DNA of 19,641 nucleotides from Thermoplasmata archaeon (GCA_039794005.1 JBAMMA010000015.1:1-19641), one strand, 5' to 3'; positions 1 to 8,218 are shown, counted from the first letter of the stretch. The notes: generated from the letters alone by a model not told the origin. Numbers and translations: made by a program.

Positions 1-261
1 TAGAAAAATGGTATGACACGTATGAAAAACACAGGATGGAATATGAAACATTTGAAGAATTTGTAAAATGGTATAATACAATAAGATATCATGAGAGCCT
101 TGATACTAACCATTATTTACAGACACAGGAAGATGCATTTTGGAGCATGTTACCTGAAGAATGCAAATTAGGGATGTTTTATGCATTATGTGAAGAGTGA
201 AAACAATAAAAAATAAAAAAATGAGGACCCTTTATATAGTCAAGAGAAATGGGACTATACA
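1..261 (+). mobile_element. Right end of an IS481-family-like insertion sequence (partial, runs off the window)
   Basis: Follows a transposase-like C-terminus (3-200). The candidate terminus ...GGGACTATACA ends at 261, matching the TGT...ACA ends of IS481. An internal inverted repeat pairs TATAGTC (235-241) with GACTATA (253-259). The left end is not visible. Confidence 0.6.
3..200 (+). CDS. C-terminal fragment of an IS481/integrase-core (DDE) transposase
   Basis: Manual translation of frame 3: EKWYDTYEKHRMEYETFEEFVKWYNTIRYHESLDTNHYLQTQEDAFWSMLPEECKLGMFYALCEE*. The 'WYNxxRxHxSL...T' pattern is typical of integrase-core transposase C-termini. Absent from the ORF track because it is 5'-truncated. 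Confidence 0.8.
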   Translation, partial: EKWYDTYEKHRMEYETFEEFVKWYNTIRYHESLDTNHYLQTQEDAFWSMLPEECKLGMFYALCEE

Positions 262-277
262 AAATAAAAATCAATTC

Positions 278-291
278 TAAAAATTTATATA
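278..291 (+). promoter_or_regulatory. Archaeal BRE/TATA promoter for the regulator operon
   Basis: An A-rich stretch precedes TTTATATA (284-291), which ends 23 nt before ATG 315. This spacing is typical of a leaderless transcript. Confidence 0.6.
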
Positions 292-306
292 ACCATTTAT
301 TATTTC

Positions 307-327
307 TTTTTAGTATGATACTAAAAA
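307..327. promoter_or_regulatory. Perfect 21-bp palindrome, probable operator of the DtxR-family regulator
   Basis: TTTTTAGTAT-G-ATACTAAAAA has 10-bp perfect arms and overlaps the predicted transcription start and ATG 315. Confidence 0.65.
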
Positions 328-737
328 ATTATGATATAACTAAAAAAGATTTGGAAGTATTGAAAATAGTATATAAAAATGAATTGAGTGGATGGCTTAC
401 AAGAATAAAAGATATATCAGGAGAATTGAAAATAAAACCATCTACAACAGAACAGTACGTTAAAAAATTGGAAAAGCTTGGTCTAATTCTAAGAAAAGAT
501 TCCTTGATTAAAATAACAAGCACAGGTAAAAGGTATGTTGAAAAGATATTGAGAAACCATAGAATAATTGAAACGTATTTATATCTGAAGGGTATTGATC
601 TCGACTGCGCATGCGATGAAGCAAGGTCGATGGAAAATTGTGTAACAGATGATATGATAAAATTGTTGGAAATAGAAATTGGTCACCCGAAGAAATGTCC
701 ACATGGACATGATATTCCATATATGGAGGGTGATTAA
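315..737 (+). CDS. DtxR/MntR-family metal-dependent transcriptional regulator
   Basis: N-terminal winged HTH (RIKDISGELKIKPSTTEQYVKKLEKLGLI...ITSTGKR), RNHRIIETYL and C-terminal CPHGHDIP. The start was moved from 249 to 315 because 249 lies in the IS end and the TATA spacing fits 315. Confidence 0.9.
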   Translation: MILKNYDITKKDLEVLKIVYKNELSGWLTRIKDISGELKIKPSTTEQYVKKLEKLGLILRKDSLIKITSTGKRYVEKILRNHRIIETYLYLKGIDLDCACDEARSMENCVTDDMIKLLEIEIGHPKKCPHGHDIPYMEGD

Positions 738-739
738 GT

Positions 740-1663
740 ATGGACATAATCTCTTTTTTATTCAATCCTCCCTCAAACTTGTCCATATATGAAATATTGG
801 CCATATCATTCATACTTGGCATTTTGCATGGAATTACTCCGGATGAGCATACTTGGCCGATTACATTTAGCTATGCAGTTGGTTCATACAGCACTAAAGG
901 AGGTATGAAGGCGGGTTTTTTATTCTCATTGGGATTTACAGTTCAAAGAGGCTTTCTGACATTTCTTGGTTATATTGGTTTGGTCTATTTTTATCAAAAA
1001 TACGATTTGGATGGCCCCGTCGATATTGTTGTAGGTTTTGTGATGGCAATTGTCGGATACTATGTTTTAAAGGGAAAGTATTTCCATATACCTCTGGATA
1101 AAATTTTTGGAGCAAAAGAACATCATACAGAAGAGGCCTGTAGGGTACCACCATGTGAAGTATTGCATAAGGAAATACCGATAAAAATGACTTTTGTTCA
1201 TGGATTTATAGCGGGGTTTGGATTCGGTGTCTATGCTACAATAATTACATTTATACTTTCACCCAAGGTAGGAAGTGTATATCTATCGCCTTTACCTGGC
1301 ATTTTTTTTGGCCTTGGAACCATGGTAATGCAGGTAATAATCGGTGCATCCTTTGGATCCATTCTAAGGGCAATGAAATTTAAAGAGGAGGACATAAAAT
1401 ATGTTGGGATAAACACCGCAAGCAAAACTCTTTACTACGGAGGTATAGCATTTATAATTATTGGAATAATCGTTATTTTAATACCGCCCATTGAAGATTT
1501 TGAAATCTCAACCGGCCTGAAAATACCTAACCTGAATGCCATTGACATTGAATTAATATTAGTTTTATTTGTCGTTGGCATAATTGGCATATATTCCCTA
1601 ATAAAAAGTTATTATGAAATTAAATCCAAGTATAATGAGATTGAGAAAAATGGACAAAGATGA
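740..1663 (+). CDS. Multi-pass membrane protein with His motifs, NiCoT/UreH/RcnA-like putative metal transporter
   Basis: About 7-8 hydrophobic segments. TM1 motif GILHGITPDEHTWP resembles HX4DH, a second motif reads VHGFIAGFG, and there is a His/Cys-rich loop (EHHTEEACRVPPCEVLH). A GGAGGGTGA RBS overlaps the end of the regulator. Confidence 0.65.
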   Translation: MDIISFLFNPPSNLSIYEILAISFILGILHGITPDEHTWPITFSYAVGSYSTKGGMKAGFLFSLGFTVQRGFLTFLGYIGLVYFYQKYDLDGPVDIVVGFVMAIVGYYVLKGKYFHIPLDKIFGAKEHHTEEACRVPPCEVLHKEIPIKMTFVHGFIAGFGFGVYATIITFILSPKVGSVYLSPLPGIFFGLGTMVMQVIIGASFGSILRAMKFKEEDIKYVGINTASKTLYYGGIAFIIIGIIVILIPPIEDFEISTGLKIPNLNAIDIELILVLFVVGIIGIYSLIKSYYEIKSKYNEIEKNGQR

Positions 1664-2744
1664 TATGCTGTTCATTTTTCACGTTTTTGTTTATACTTTT
1701 GGATATGGTCTTGTGAGCTTTGCCTATATGCCATATTTATATCACATAGGGTCAAATCAATATTTGATGGGATTATCTGAATTTCTTCTAACATTATCCA
1801 ATTTGATTTTACCATTAATTTTTATAATAAATCCTGAAATTCCCCTTGTTAAATATTTCATTTTATATTCCATAATATCAACGGGGATTCTGGAATTTTT
1901 AATACCCCATTTAAGTTTAATTCAAATAATAATACTATTTCTAATAATTGGAATATCACAATTCCTATGGTGGTATTCAACGGAATTGTTCATGGTTACA
2001 TATCTTAAAAACAGTGAGGTGGTTAATTATTACAGTTTTACGTGGGGGATATCATTTTTAATAACACCATACATATCATCATTCATTATAAATAATTATG
2101 GATTTGTTAATATTTATTACCTAGGTTCTTCTGTTATAATAATTTCTTCACTACTATTTTTAAAACTGATTAAATTGGAATATTCTGAGTATGTTGAAAA
2201 AAATGGTGATGAGAAAATAAACATATTTGGAATGCTACCTGCTTTGTCATCTGGAATTGTTTTGTCTTTAATTTATTCAATATTTTCGTATATTCTGTTG
2301 AACAATGGATATACCATAATCATGCTAGGAATTGTATTTTCCTCCGTCTCATTTGGCAGGATCATTGGATTTTTCATATCGATTTTTATTAAAAATAAAA
2401 GGAGTTTGAGACTTTTCACAATATTTTCCTTGATATCCATGACATTTATTTTTGTTCCCGCATTTTCTTTAAACTTTTATTTGATAATAACAATATCATA
2501 TTTACTGGGTTTTGGAAGCTCTCTAGGCATATCTTTACCGTTGATTGAAATCTCACTGGAAAAGGGCATAAATTCTGGAAAAAGCATTGCTATTTATGAA
2601 TTGCTTTTTGGCATTGGTATATCGATATTTTCAATCCTTGGCGGATATCTGGCAGAGAATGTTAATTCAAAATTTCCATATATGTTTTATTCATTTATTA
2701 TATTTATCACATTTTTATTATATTTAATAAAAAAATTAAGGTAA
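1650..2744 (+). CDS. MFS transporter (divergent, substrate unknown)
   Basis: About 12 hydrophobic segments in two halves with a polar central linker, and MFS-like GGYLAE near the C-terminus. The likely start is ATG 1650, overlapping the upstream stop; the ORF track start is 1614. Confidence 0.75.
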   Translation: MDKDDMLFIFHVFVYTFGYGLVSFAYMPYLYHIGSNQYLMGLSEFLLTLSNLILPLIFIINPEIPLVKYFILYSIISTGILEFLIPHLSLIQIIILFLIIGISQFLWWYSTELFMVTYLKNSEVVNYYSFTWGISFLITPYISSFIINNYGFVNIYYLGSSVIIISSLLFLKLIKLEYSEYVEKNGDEKINIFGMLPALSSGIVLSLIYSIFSYILLNNGYTIIMLGIVFSSVSFGRIIGFFISIFIKNKRSLRLFTIFSLISMTFIFVPAFSLNFYLIITISYLLGFGSSLGISLPLIEISLEKGINSGKSIAIYELLFGIGISIFSILGGYLAENVNSKFPYMFYSFIIFITFLLYLIKKLR

Positions 2745-2819
2745 ATATTTTTTATTTAATAAACTAAAAACAGGATAAAATTAAATATATTCTTGCCTTA
2801 TAGGATTTGAGTGATTGTA

Positions 2820-3962
2820 ATGAGAATCATTATCGTTGGTGGTGGGTCTGGAGGAACAATAGTGGCGAATAAATTGGTTCGCGGATTATCCACTGATGTT
2901 GATAGGGGAAATGTTGAGATTGTTGTCCTGGATAAGTCTGCAAAGCATGAATATCAACCCGGGTACTTATTTGTGGCCTTGGGAGAAGAAGAGCCAGAAC
3001 ATTTTGTGAGAAATGAAAGGGATTTACTAGATGAAAAGGTAAAATTTTATTCAGGTCCACAGGGAGAGGTAGTAAATATTATTCCTAAGGAAAATAAATT
3101 GAAAACTGCAGATGGTAAGGAGTGGCAGTACGATATACTGGTCTTGGCAACGGGTTCTGTCCCCGATCCTTCACAGGTTCCAGGACTAAAGGAGTCTGCC
3201 TATTTCTTCTATACGATGCCGGATGCGATTAAACTCAGGGATGCAATCAACAATTTCAAGGGTGGAAAGGTAGTAATATCGGTGACATCATTGCCATATA
3301 AATGTCCGGTTGCACAATATGAAATGTTATTTGCTCTCCATGATAGATTAAAAAAGGAGAATAAAAATGCTGAATTTATTTATCTGTTTCCGATAGATGG
3401 AACACATCAACATCCAATGGTCAGCAAGGTTGGAGAATCATGGATGAATGAGAAAGGTATTAAAATAATGAAAAGTTTTGTTATTGAATCAGTCGATTCA
3501 AACAATAGAATTATAAAATCAAAGGATGGAAGAACAGTCAATTACGATTTGTTCATAAACATACCACCACACAGGCCTTCAGATGTTATAATAAAATCAA
3601 ATCTCGGTAATCCATGGATACCAACAGATCCATATACACTTAAATCAAAACAATATCCAAACATATATGTACTGGGTGATACAACTGATATTCCAAATGT
3701 TGCAAAGGCAGGTTCCGTTGCAGAATATGAGGCGGCCGTTGTTACAAAGAACATCATTGCAGATATCAGAAAAACAAACAATTATTACAAATATGATGGA
3801 TCTGCATTTTGCTTTATAATGCACAGCATGGATAAGGCTGGATATTTATACATGAATTATACAACTCCACCATTTATATCCATGCCATCCAAATATGCAA
3901 AATGGGTTAAGCTTCTGTATAATGAGTTGTATTGGTCAATGTCGGAAAAGGCTGAAATATGA
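2820..3962 (+). CDS. sqr: Sulfide:quinone oxidoreductase-like FAD-dependent oxidoreductase (paralog 1)
   Basis: GGGSGG Rossmann motif, YQPG, LATG, PYKCPVAQYE, LGD, KAGSVA and YDGSAFCF, with two Cys in the expected catalytic positions and a C-terminal amphipathic helix. RBS-like GAGTGAT (2809-2815) favours ATG 2820 as start. Confidence 0.85.
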   Translation: MRIIIVGGGSGGTIVANKLVRGLSTDVDRGNVEIVVLDKSAKHEYQPGYLFVALGEEEPEHFVRNERDLLDEKVKFYSGPQGEVVNIIPKENKLKTADGKEWQYDILVLATGSVPDPSQVPGLKESAYFFYTMPDAIKLRDAINNFKGGKVVISVTSLPYKCPVAQYEMLFALHDRLKKENKNAEFIYLFPIDGTHQHPMVSKVGESWMNEKGIKIMKSFVIESVDSNNRIIKSKDGRTVNYDLFINIPPHRPSDVIIKSNLGNPWIPTDPYTLKSKQYPNIYVLGDTTDIPNVAKAGSVAEYEAAVVTKNIIADIRKTNNYYKYDGSAFCFIMHSMDKAGYLYMNYTTPPFISMPSKYAKWVKLLYNELYWSMSEKAEI

Positions 3963-3973
3963 GGTGATGAAAA

Positions 3974-4588
3974 ATGGTAGAAAAAAAGGATGTGGCAAAT
4001 AAAACATCACATTCATTGCTTGAACTGATGCCACTGATCAAGAGGGATGAATTGGTAAGGCTACTAAAAGAGGTAATAGAGCTTCAAAAAAACGGAACGT
4101 TGGATAAACTGTTGGATATCCTGGACAAAATGTCCAAAAAGGGTGTCATAGATAACTTATATTTAAAGGTAAATGATCTCTGTGAGAAAAACACACTCAA
4201 GAAATTGTTGGAAGGAAATGTACTGGACAAACAGATGGAGGCCATTATAGGATTAATCACAGATGGTTCTTTAATGAAATTATTGGATATGGTTATCGAG
4301 ATGCAGAAAAAGGGTATCATAGACGAACTAGTTAATTATTTACCAAAGATGATGATATTGCTGGAAAAATTCATGGAACTTGAGAAGAAGGGCTTGATAA
4401 ACTACGATAAAATAATATCAGTAACAGAAAAATTGATGCAATTGATAAATGATGGAACAATAGACAAACTTCTGGAATTGCTGGTAATGCTATCTGCAAT
4501 GCTGGACGCTTTCAACGATGAAATGATAAAGAGCATTGGAGAAAAGGCGGGAAAATTGCTGGAATTACTGGAGCCAAGCAAATTATAA
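3974..4588 (+). CDS. Helical repeat protein, DUF1641-like SQR-associated protein
   Basis: Directly follows sqr with a strong GAGGTGAT RBS. It has repeated G-x-[LI]-D-[KE]-L-L units, and the C-terminal 'LDAFNDEMIKSI' resembles proteins typically encoded beside type III SQRs. Confidence 0.65.
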   Translation: MVEKKDVANKTSHSLLELMPLIKRDELVRLLKEVIELQKNGTLDKLLDILDKMSKKGVIDNLYLKVNDLCEKNTLKKLLEGNVLDKQMEAIIGLITDGSLMKLLDMVIEMQKKGIIDELVNYLPKMMILLEKFMELEKKGLINYDKIISVTEKLMQLINDGTIDKLLELLVMLSAMLDAFNDEMIKSIGEKAGKLLELLEPSKL

Positions 4589-4616
4589 AAAAAGGCCATC
4601 AGGCCTTATATTTTTT
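4584..4616. terminator. Shared convergent terminator region (short hairpin with T-runs on both strands)
   Basis: AAGGCC-ATCA-GGCCTT (4592-4607), A7 at 4587-4593 (T7 on the minus strand) and T6 at 4611-4616, lying between or over two convergent stop codons. Confidence 0.4.
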
Positions 4617-5774
4617 CATCAATTTTTCAGGTCTTGTGTAATTGAAATAAAAGTCGAAAATGCTATCTAAATGTCCCTTTAGTGTCATCCAGTAAATGTA
4701 AGACATTGATTTTTTCATAAAATGTTTGAACCTTGTTGGTGGTAAGGGAATTACCGGGTGATTATAATCGGCAACAACAAATGTTCCTTTACCGTAAGCC
4801 ATATCGAATGGACAATTTATTCTCCCATCAAATCTGGAATCTCTTCCATCCAATATATCAGCAACAACCTTGGCCTCTAAATGGGCGGTAACTCCGGACT
4901 TGGATGTTGGTAAATTATTCACATCACCTATTGCAAACGCATCATCATAACCCAGAATATTCATTTTATATTTGTCAGCTTTTATAAAATCATCTTCATC
5001 TTTTATGTTATCATTATTAAATTTTATTTCCGTACCCTTACATGGCGGGATTATAATGGGAAGATCAAAATTTATTGAATCGCCCTCATAAGAATTTATG
5101 GTTTTCTTTTCCAGATCCACGCTTTCAAGATTAAAAAATGTAACGATCTCTATTCCCCTTTCTCTCATTAAAGGTTCAACGATCTTATTCATCGGTTCGG
5201 CGGGATATGGCCTCGGGTAGGGTGTAACGAAAATTAATTTGGTTTTATCTTTCAGTTTATTTTTATTCAGATATTCCTCAAGCAGAAATATACCCTCTGA
5301 TGGCGATGGTGGGCATTTGCATACTGGGGAGGCCTGAACCAAAACAATGTTACCACCTCTGAATGATTTAATGCTATTCCATATTTTTCTGGCATTTTCC
5401 ACATTGCTATGATAATTACCATATTTATCATTTATTTCCCTCAATCCCTGAATTCCATCTGGATCGGGATATGTTCCTGTGGATATTATAACATAATCAT
5501 AATCAAGGGTTTTACTATTTGTTTTAACCAGTCGATTGTCTAAATCCACTTCATTTACATTATCATTGATTAGCCTGATTCCGGGTTTTAATAATCTGTC
5601 TATCCTTCTCCAGATTTTCCTATTCGATCCCTGAAAGGCAATATATAAATACCAGGGTTGATAGAAATGATATTTTTCCCTGTCAATGACCGTGATATCA
5701 AATTCATTTGGATTCAATGAATTTGCCAGAATTAATCCTCCGGATCCGCCTCCTATTATTAATACCTTCTTCAT
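4599..5774 (-). CDS. sqr: Sulfide:quinone oxidoreductase-like FAD-dependent oxidoreductase (paralog 2)
   Basis: GGGSGG, YQPW, ISTG, SPVCKCPPSPSE, IGD, KSGVTA and FDGRINCPF. GGTGAT RBS at 5783-5778 and TATA-like TTTATATT at 5813-5806. Confidence 0.85.
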   Translation of the reverse strand: MKKVLIIGGGSGGLILANSLNPNEFDITVIDREKYHFYQPWYLYIAFQGSNRKIWRRIDRLLKPGIRLINDNVNEVDLDNRLVKTNSKTLDYDYVIISTGTYPDPDGIQGLREINDKYGNYHSNVENARKIWNSIKSFRGGNIVLVQASPVCKCPPSPSEGIFLLEEYLNKNKLKDKTKLIFVTPYPRPYPAEPMNKIVEPLMRERGIEIVTFFNLESVDLEKKTINSYEGDSINFDLPIIIPPCKGTEIKFNNDNIKDEDDFIKADKYKMNILGYDDAFAIGDVNNLPTSKSGVTAHLEAKVVADILDGRDSRFDGRINCPFDMAYGKGTFVVADYNHPVIPLPPTRFKHFMKKSMSYIYWMTLKGHLDSIFDFYFNYTRPEKLMKKYKA

Positions 5775-5857
5775 TTTATCACCAGAATAATAAATAAATC
5801 AAAATAATATAAAGTTTACTAATTTATTTTTATTAAAAATTTAAATAACGAAATTCG

Positions 5858-6634
5858 TCAAATATTTGCTTCTTCCAATACTTTTTCACATTTTTTCGTA
5901 TCCAGTGTATCAATTTCTTTTATAGATTTTCTTATTATTTCCTTGACTTTAAATTCATTTTCTTTCATGACCTTTGCCACTTCAGATGCTGTTACGGGCT
6001 TTTCGGCCCATACATCATAATCTGTTACCGTTGCCAGAGTGCTGTAGCAGATACCCAATTCCCTGGATAGATTAACTTCAGGGACCAATGTCATTCCAAT
6101 GATATCTGCATAATTTCTATACATCCTCGATTCAGCCCTTGTTGAAAATCTTGGTCCCTCTATGCACACATATGTAACATCTGGATGTATTGTTATTTTC
6201 AGTTCTCTTGCATTTTTCAAAAGCACGGCATTGATGTCTTCTGAAAATGGATCAGCCATGGAAATATGAACAACCTTTGGACCATCGTAAAATGTGTATG
6301 TTCTTCCTTTTGTGAAATCTATGAACTGTGAAACCAGGGCAAGATCTCCAGGCTTAATATGTTCCTGAAGTGAACCCACGGCACTTACTGAAATGATTTT
6401 TCTTACACCCAGTGAATGGAGTGCCCATATATTTGCCCTGTAATTTATTTTATGTGGTGGGATTCTATGGCCCCTTCCATGCCTTGGCAGAAAGTATAAT
6501 TTTACTCCGGATATTTCACCAATGCTAATGTAATCTGACGGTGCTCCGTATGGCGTATGCACGTTTATGTTTTCAGTTTCATTAAAAATTTCTCCGATTC
6601 CTGATCCTCCTATTATTGCAATCTGTGGTTTCAT
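5858..6634 (-). CDS. mtnP: S-methyl-5'-thioadenosine phosphorylase
   Basis: [37 protein letters not shown] and the MTAP-type TDYD motif. Confidence 0.93.
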   Translation of the reverse strand: MKPQIAIIGGSGIGEIFNETENINVHTPYGAPSDYISIGEISGVKLYFLPRHGRGHRIPPHKINYRANIWALHSLGVRKIISVSAVGSLQEHIKPGDLALVSQFIDFTKGRTYTFYDGPKVVHISMADPFSEDINAVLLKNARELKITIHPDVTYVCIEGPRFSTRAESRMYRNYADIIGMTLVPEVNLSRELGICYSTLATVTDYDVWAEKPVTASEVAKVMKENEFKVKEIIRKSIKEIDTLDTKKCEKVLEEANI

Positions 6635-6722
6635 AATATCTTTAATTTAAAATCAATTAAAAATTTTTATTCTTTATTTATAAAACATTAAAATATTACC
6701 TTGCTTTGAATGAACATTTAAA

Positions 6723-7898
6723 ATGACGGAAAAATCAAAAATATTAAGATCCGTTGGCTTTGTTAGTTTCCTGAGATCCTTTGGTTATGGATCCTTATGG
6801 TCATTTATAGTTCTTTTTTTGACAGAGAAATTCCACTTGTCATTGACTTTTGTTGGTTCCTATTTATTTTTGGTGGGTATTATCGGTGCATCTTCTCAAA
6901 TTTTTTACGGTGCATTGACGGATTCATACGGTAGGAAGGGGTTTTTATTTATAGGCCAAATAGGTCAGGGATTTTCATTTTTCCTTTTCGGCATAGGTGG
7001 ATTGATAGGAAATATCATAATTTTACTGTTTTCAATTTTGATTCAAAGCTTGTTTAGCAATATGGTATTCACATCAATCAACACGATTATTGCAGATATT
7101 TTTGAAGAGAACGAAAGATTTAAGGGATATGCTATACAGAGGGCACTGGCGAATTTGGGTTGGGGGATAGGACCAACAGTAGGGGGAATTGTTTATGAAT
7201 TAAATGATTTAACAATATCTTTCATTATTTTAGGACTTTTTTTGTCTTTGGTCTCCATAATTTTTATAAATATACCAGAAACGAATTTGAATAGAAATTA
7301 TTTCAAATTCTCAGATATCATTGAACCTCTAAAAAACAGGTTATTTTTATTTTATAATATAGCGAGCTTTCTAACATTCGTAGTTTTCGGACAATTAACA
7401 AGTACATATCCCTTTTATGAAAAAGAAATAGTGGGAATATCCGTTTTTTATATAGGTATTACATGGACATTAAATGGTATTCTGGTGGGTATTTTCCAAT
7501 ATCCAAGTGCAAGAAAGGTAAACAATAAAAATGCATTTTACTTCCTGATTTACGGATCCTTGATATACGGGCTTGGATACTTTATTTTGCCTTTTTCTTC
7601 ATCCCTTATAATATTATTCATATCAATGATTATAATAACGTTCGGTGAAATAATATATTCATCAAGCGCCACGGCTACTGCGGTTAATTTTGCAAAGGAT
7701 AATGAAAAAGGAAAATATGCCGGGTCCTTTGGGTTTTTTACAAACATTGGAAGATCCATGGGAACCCTATATGGTGGACTGATATTTTCATTGACAGCAG
7801 ATTATAAAATTAAATGGTTTTTAATATTTCTGTTATCCATAATATCATCGGTGATTTATTTCATAATATTTAAAAATAAAAAAAGGAAAATATTTTAA
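6723..7898 (+). CDS. MFS transporter (drug:H+ antiporter-like)
   Basis: Motif A GALTDSYGRK, motif C-like NLGWGIGPTVGG and about 12 TM segments. Confidence 0.9.
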   Translation: MTEKSKILRSVGFVSFLRSFGYGSLWSFIVLFLTEKFHLSLTFVGSYLFLVGIIGASSQIFYGALTDSYGRKGFLFIGQIGQGFSFFLFGIGGLIGNIIILLFSILIQSLFSNMVFTSINTIIADIFEENERFKGYAIQRALANLGWGIGPTVGGIVYELNDLTISFIILGLFLSLVSIIFINIPETNLNRNYFKFSDIIEPLKNRLFLFYNIASFLTFVVFGQLTSTYPFYEKEIVGISVFYIGITWTLNGILVGIFQYPSARKVNNKNAFYFLIYGSLIYGLGYFILPFSSSLIILFISMIIITFGEIIYSSSATATAVNFAKDNEKGKYAGSFGFFTNIGRSMGTLYGGLIFSLTADYKIKWFLIFLLSIISSVIYFIIFKNKKRKIF

Positions 7899-7922
7899 TA
7901 TGGTATTTTGTTAATAATAATC

Positions 7923-8198
7923 ATGGCAAAGATATACGTGGTACATATGTGGGAGGACAATCAGAAGGAGGCGGTGATGCAGTTTGCTGAACAGATAAAA
8001 ACCATGGCACAACAGAAAAAGTTACCGGCTGGGTTAAAATTATTGAGTATTGATCTGGCAGAGAATAAGAACATGGCGATATGCCAGTGGGAAGCACCCT
8101 CGGTAAACGATTTAATGAATGCAGCATCACAATTAAAGCCTACATGGAAGATTGAGGCTTTTACCTATAAAAACGTCTATAAAAAAGGATTTCTATAA
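7923..8198 (+). CDS. Small alpha/beta protein (DUF4242/DUF3303-like dimeric alpha-beta barrel)
   Basis: Beta-alpha-beta-beta-alpha-beta pattern with IYVVH and AICQWEAPS. ATG 7923 lies 22 nt after TTTTAATA (7893-7900). Confidence 0.6.
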   Translation: MAKIYVVHMWEDNQKEAVMQFAEQIKTMAQQKKLPAGLKLLSIDLAENKNMAICQWEAPSVNDLMNAASQLKPTWKIEAFTYKNVYKKGFL

Positions 8199-8218
8199 AT
8201 TTTAATTTTTTTATTTTT

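Noticed and set aside
249-314. N-terminal 22-aa extension of the regulator given by the ORF track
   Set aside because: It starts inside the candidate IS end and spans the TATA box. ATG 315 fits the leaderless spacing and the domain start.
2748-2770. TTTTTTATTTAATAAACTAAAAA upstream of sqr1 as a second regulator operator
   Set aside because: Only the right half-site matches and the spacing differs. It is equally explained as the T-rich terminator of the MFS gene.
3960-3976. UGA read-through (selenocysteine) fusing sqr1 to the downstream protein
   Set aside because: The stop falls at the normal SQR C-terminus, the next gene has its own strong RBS, and it is in a different frame.
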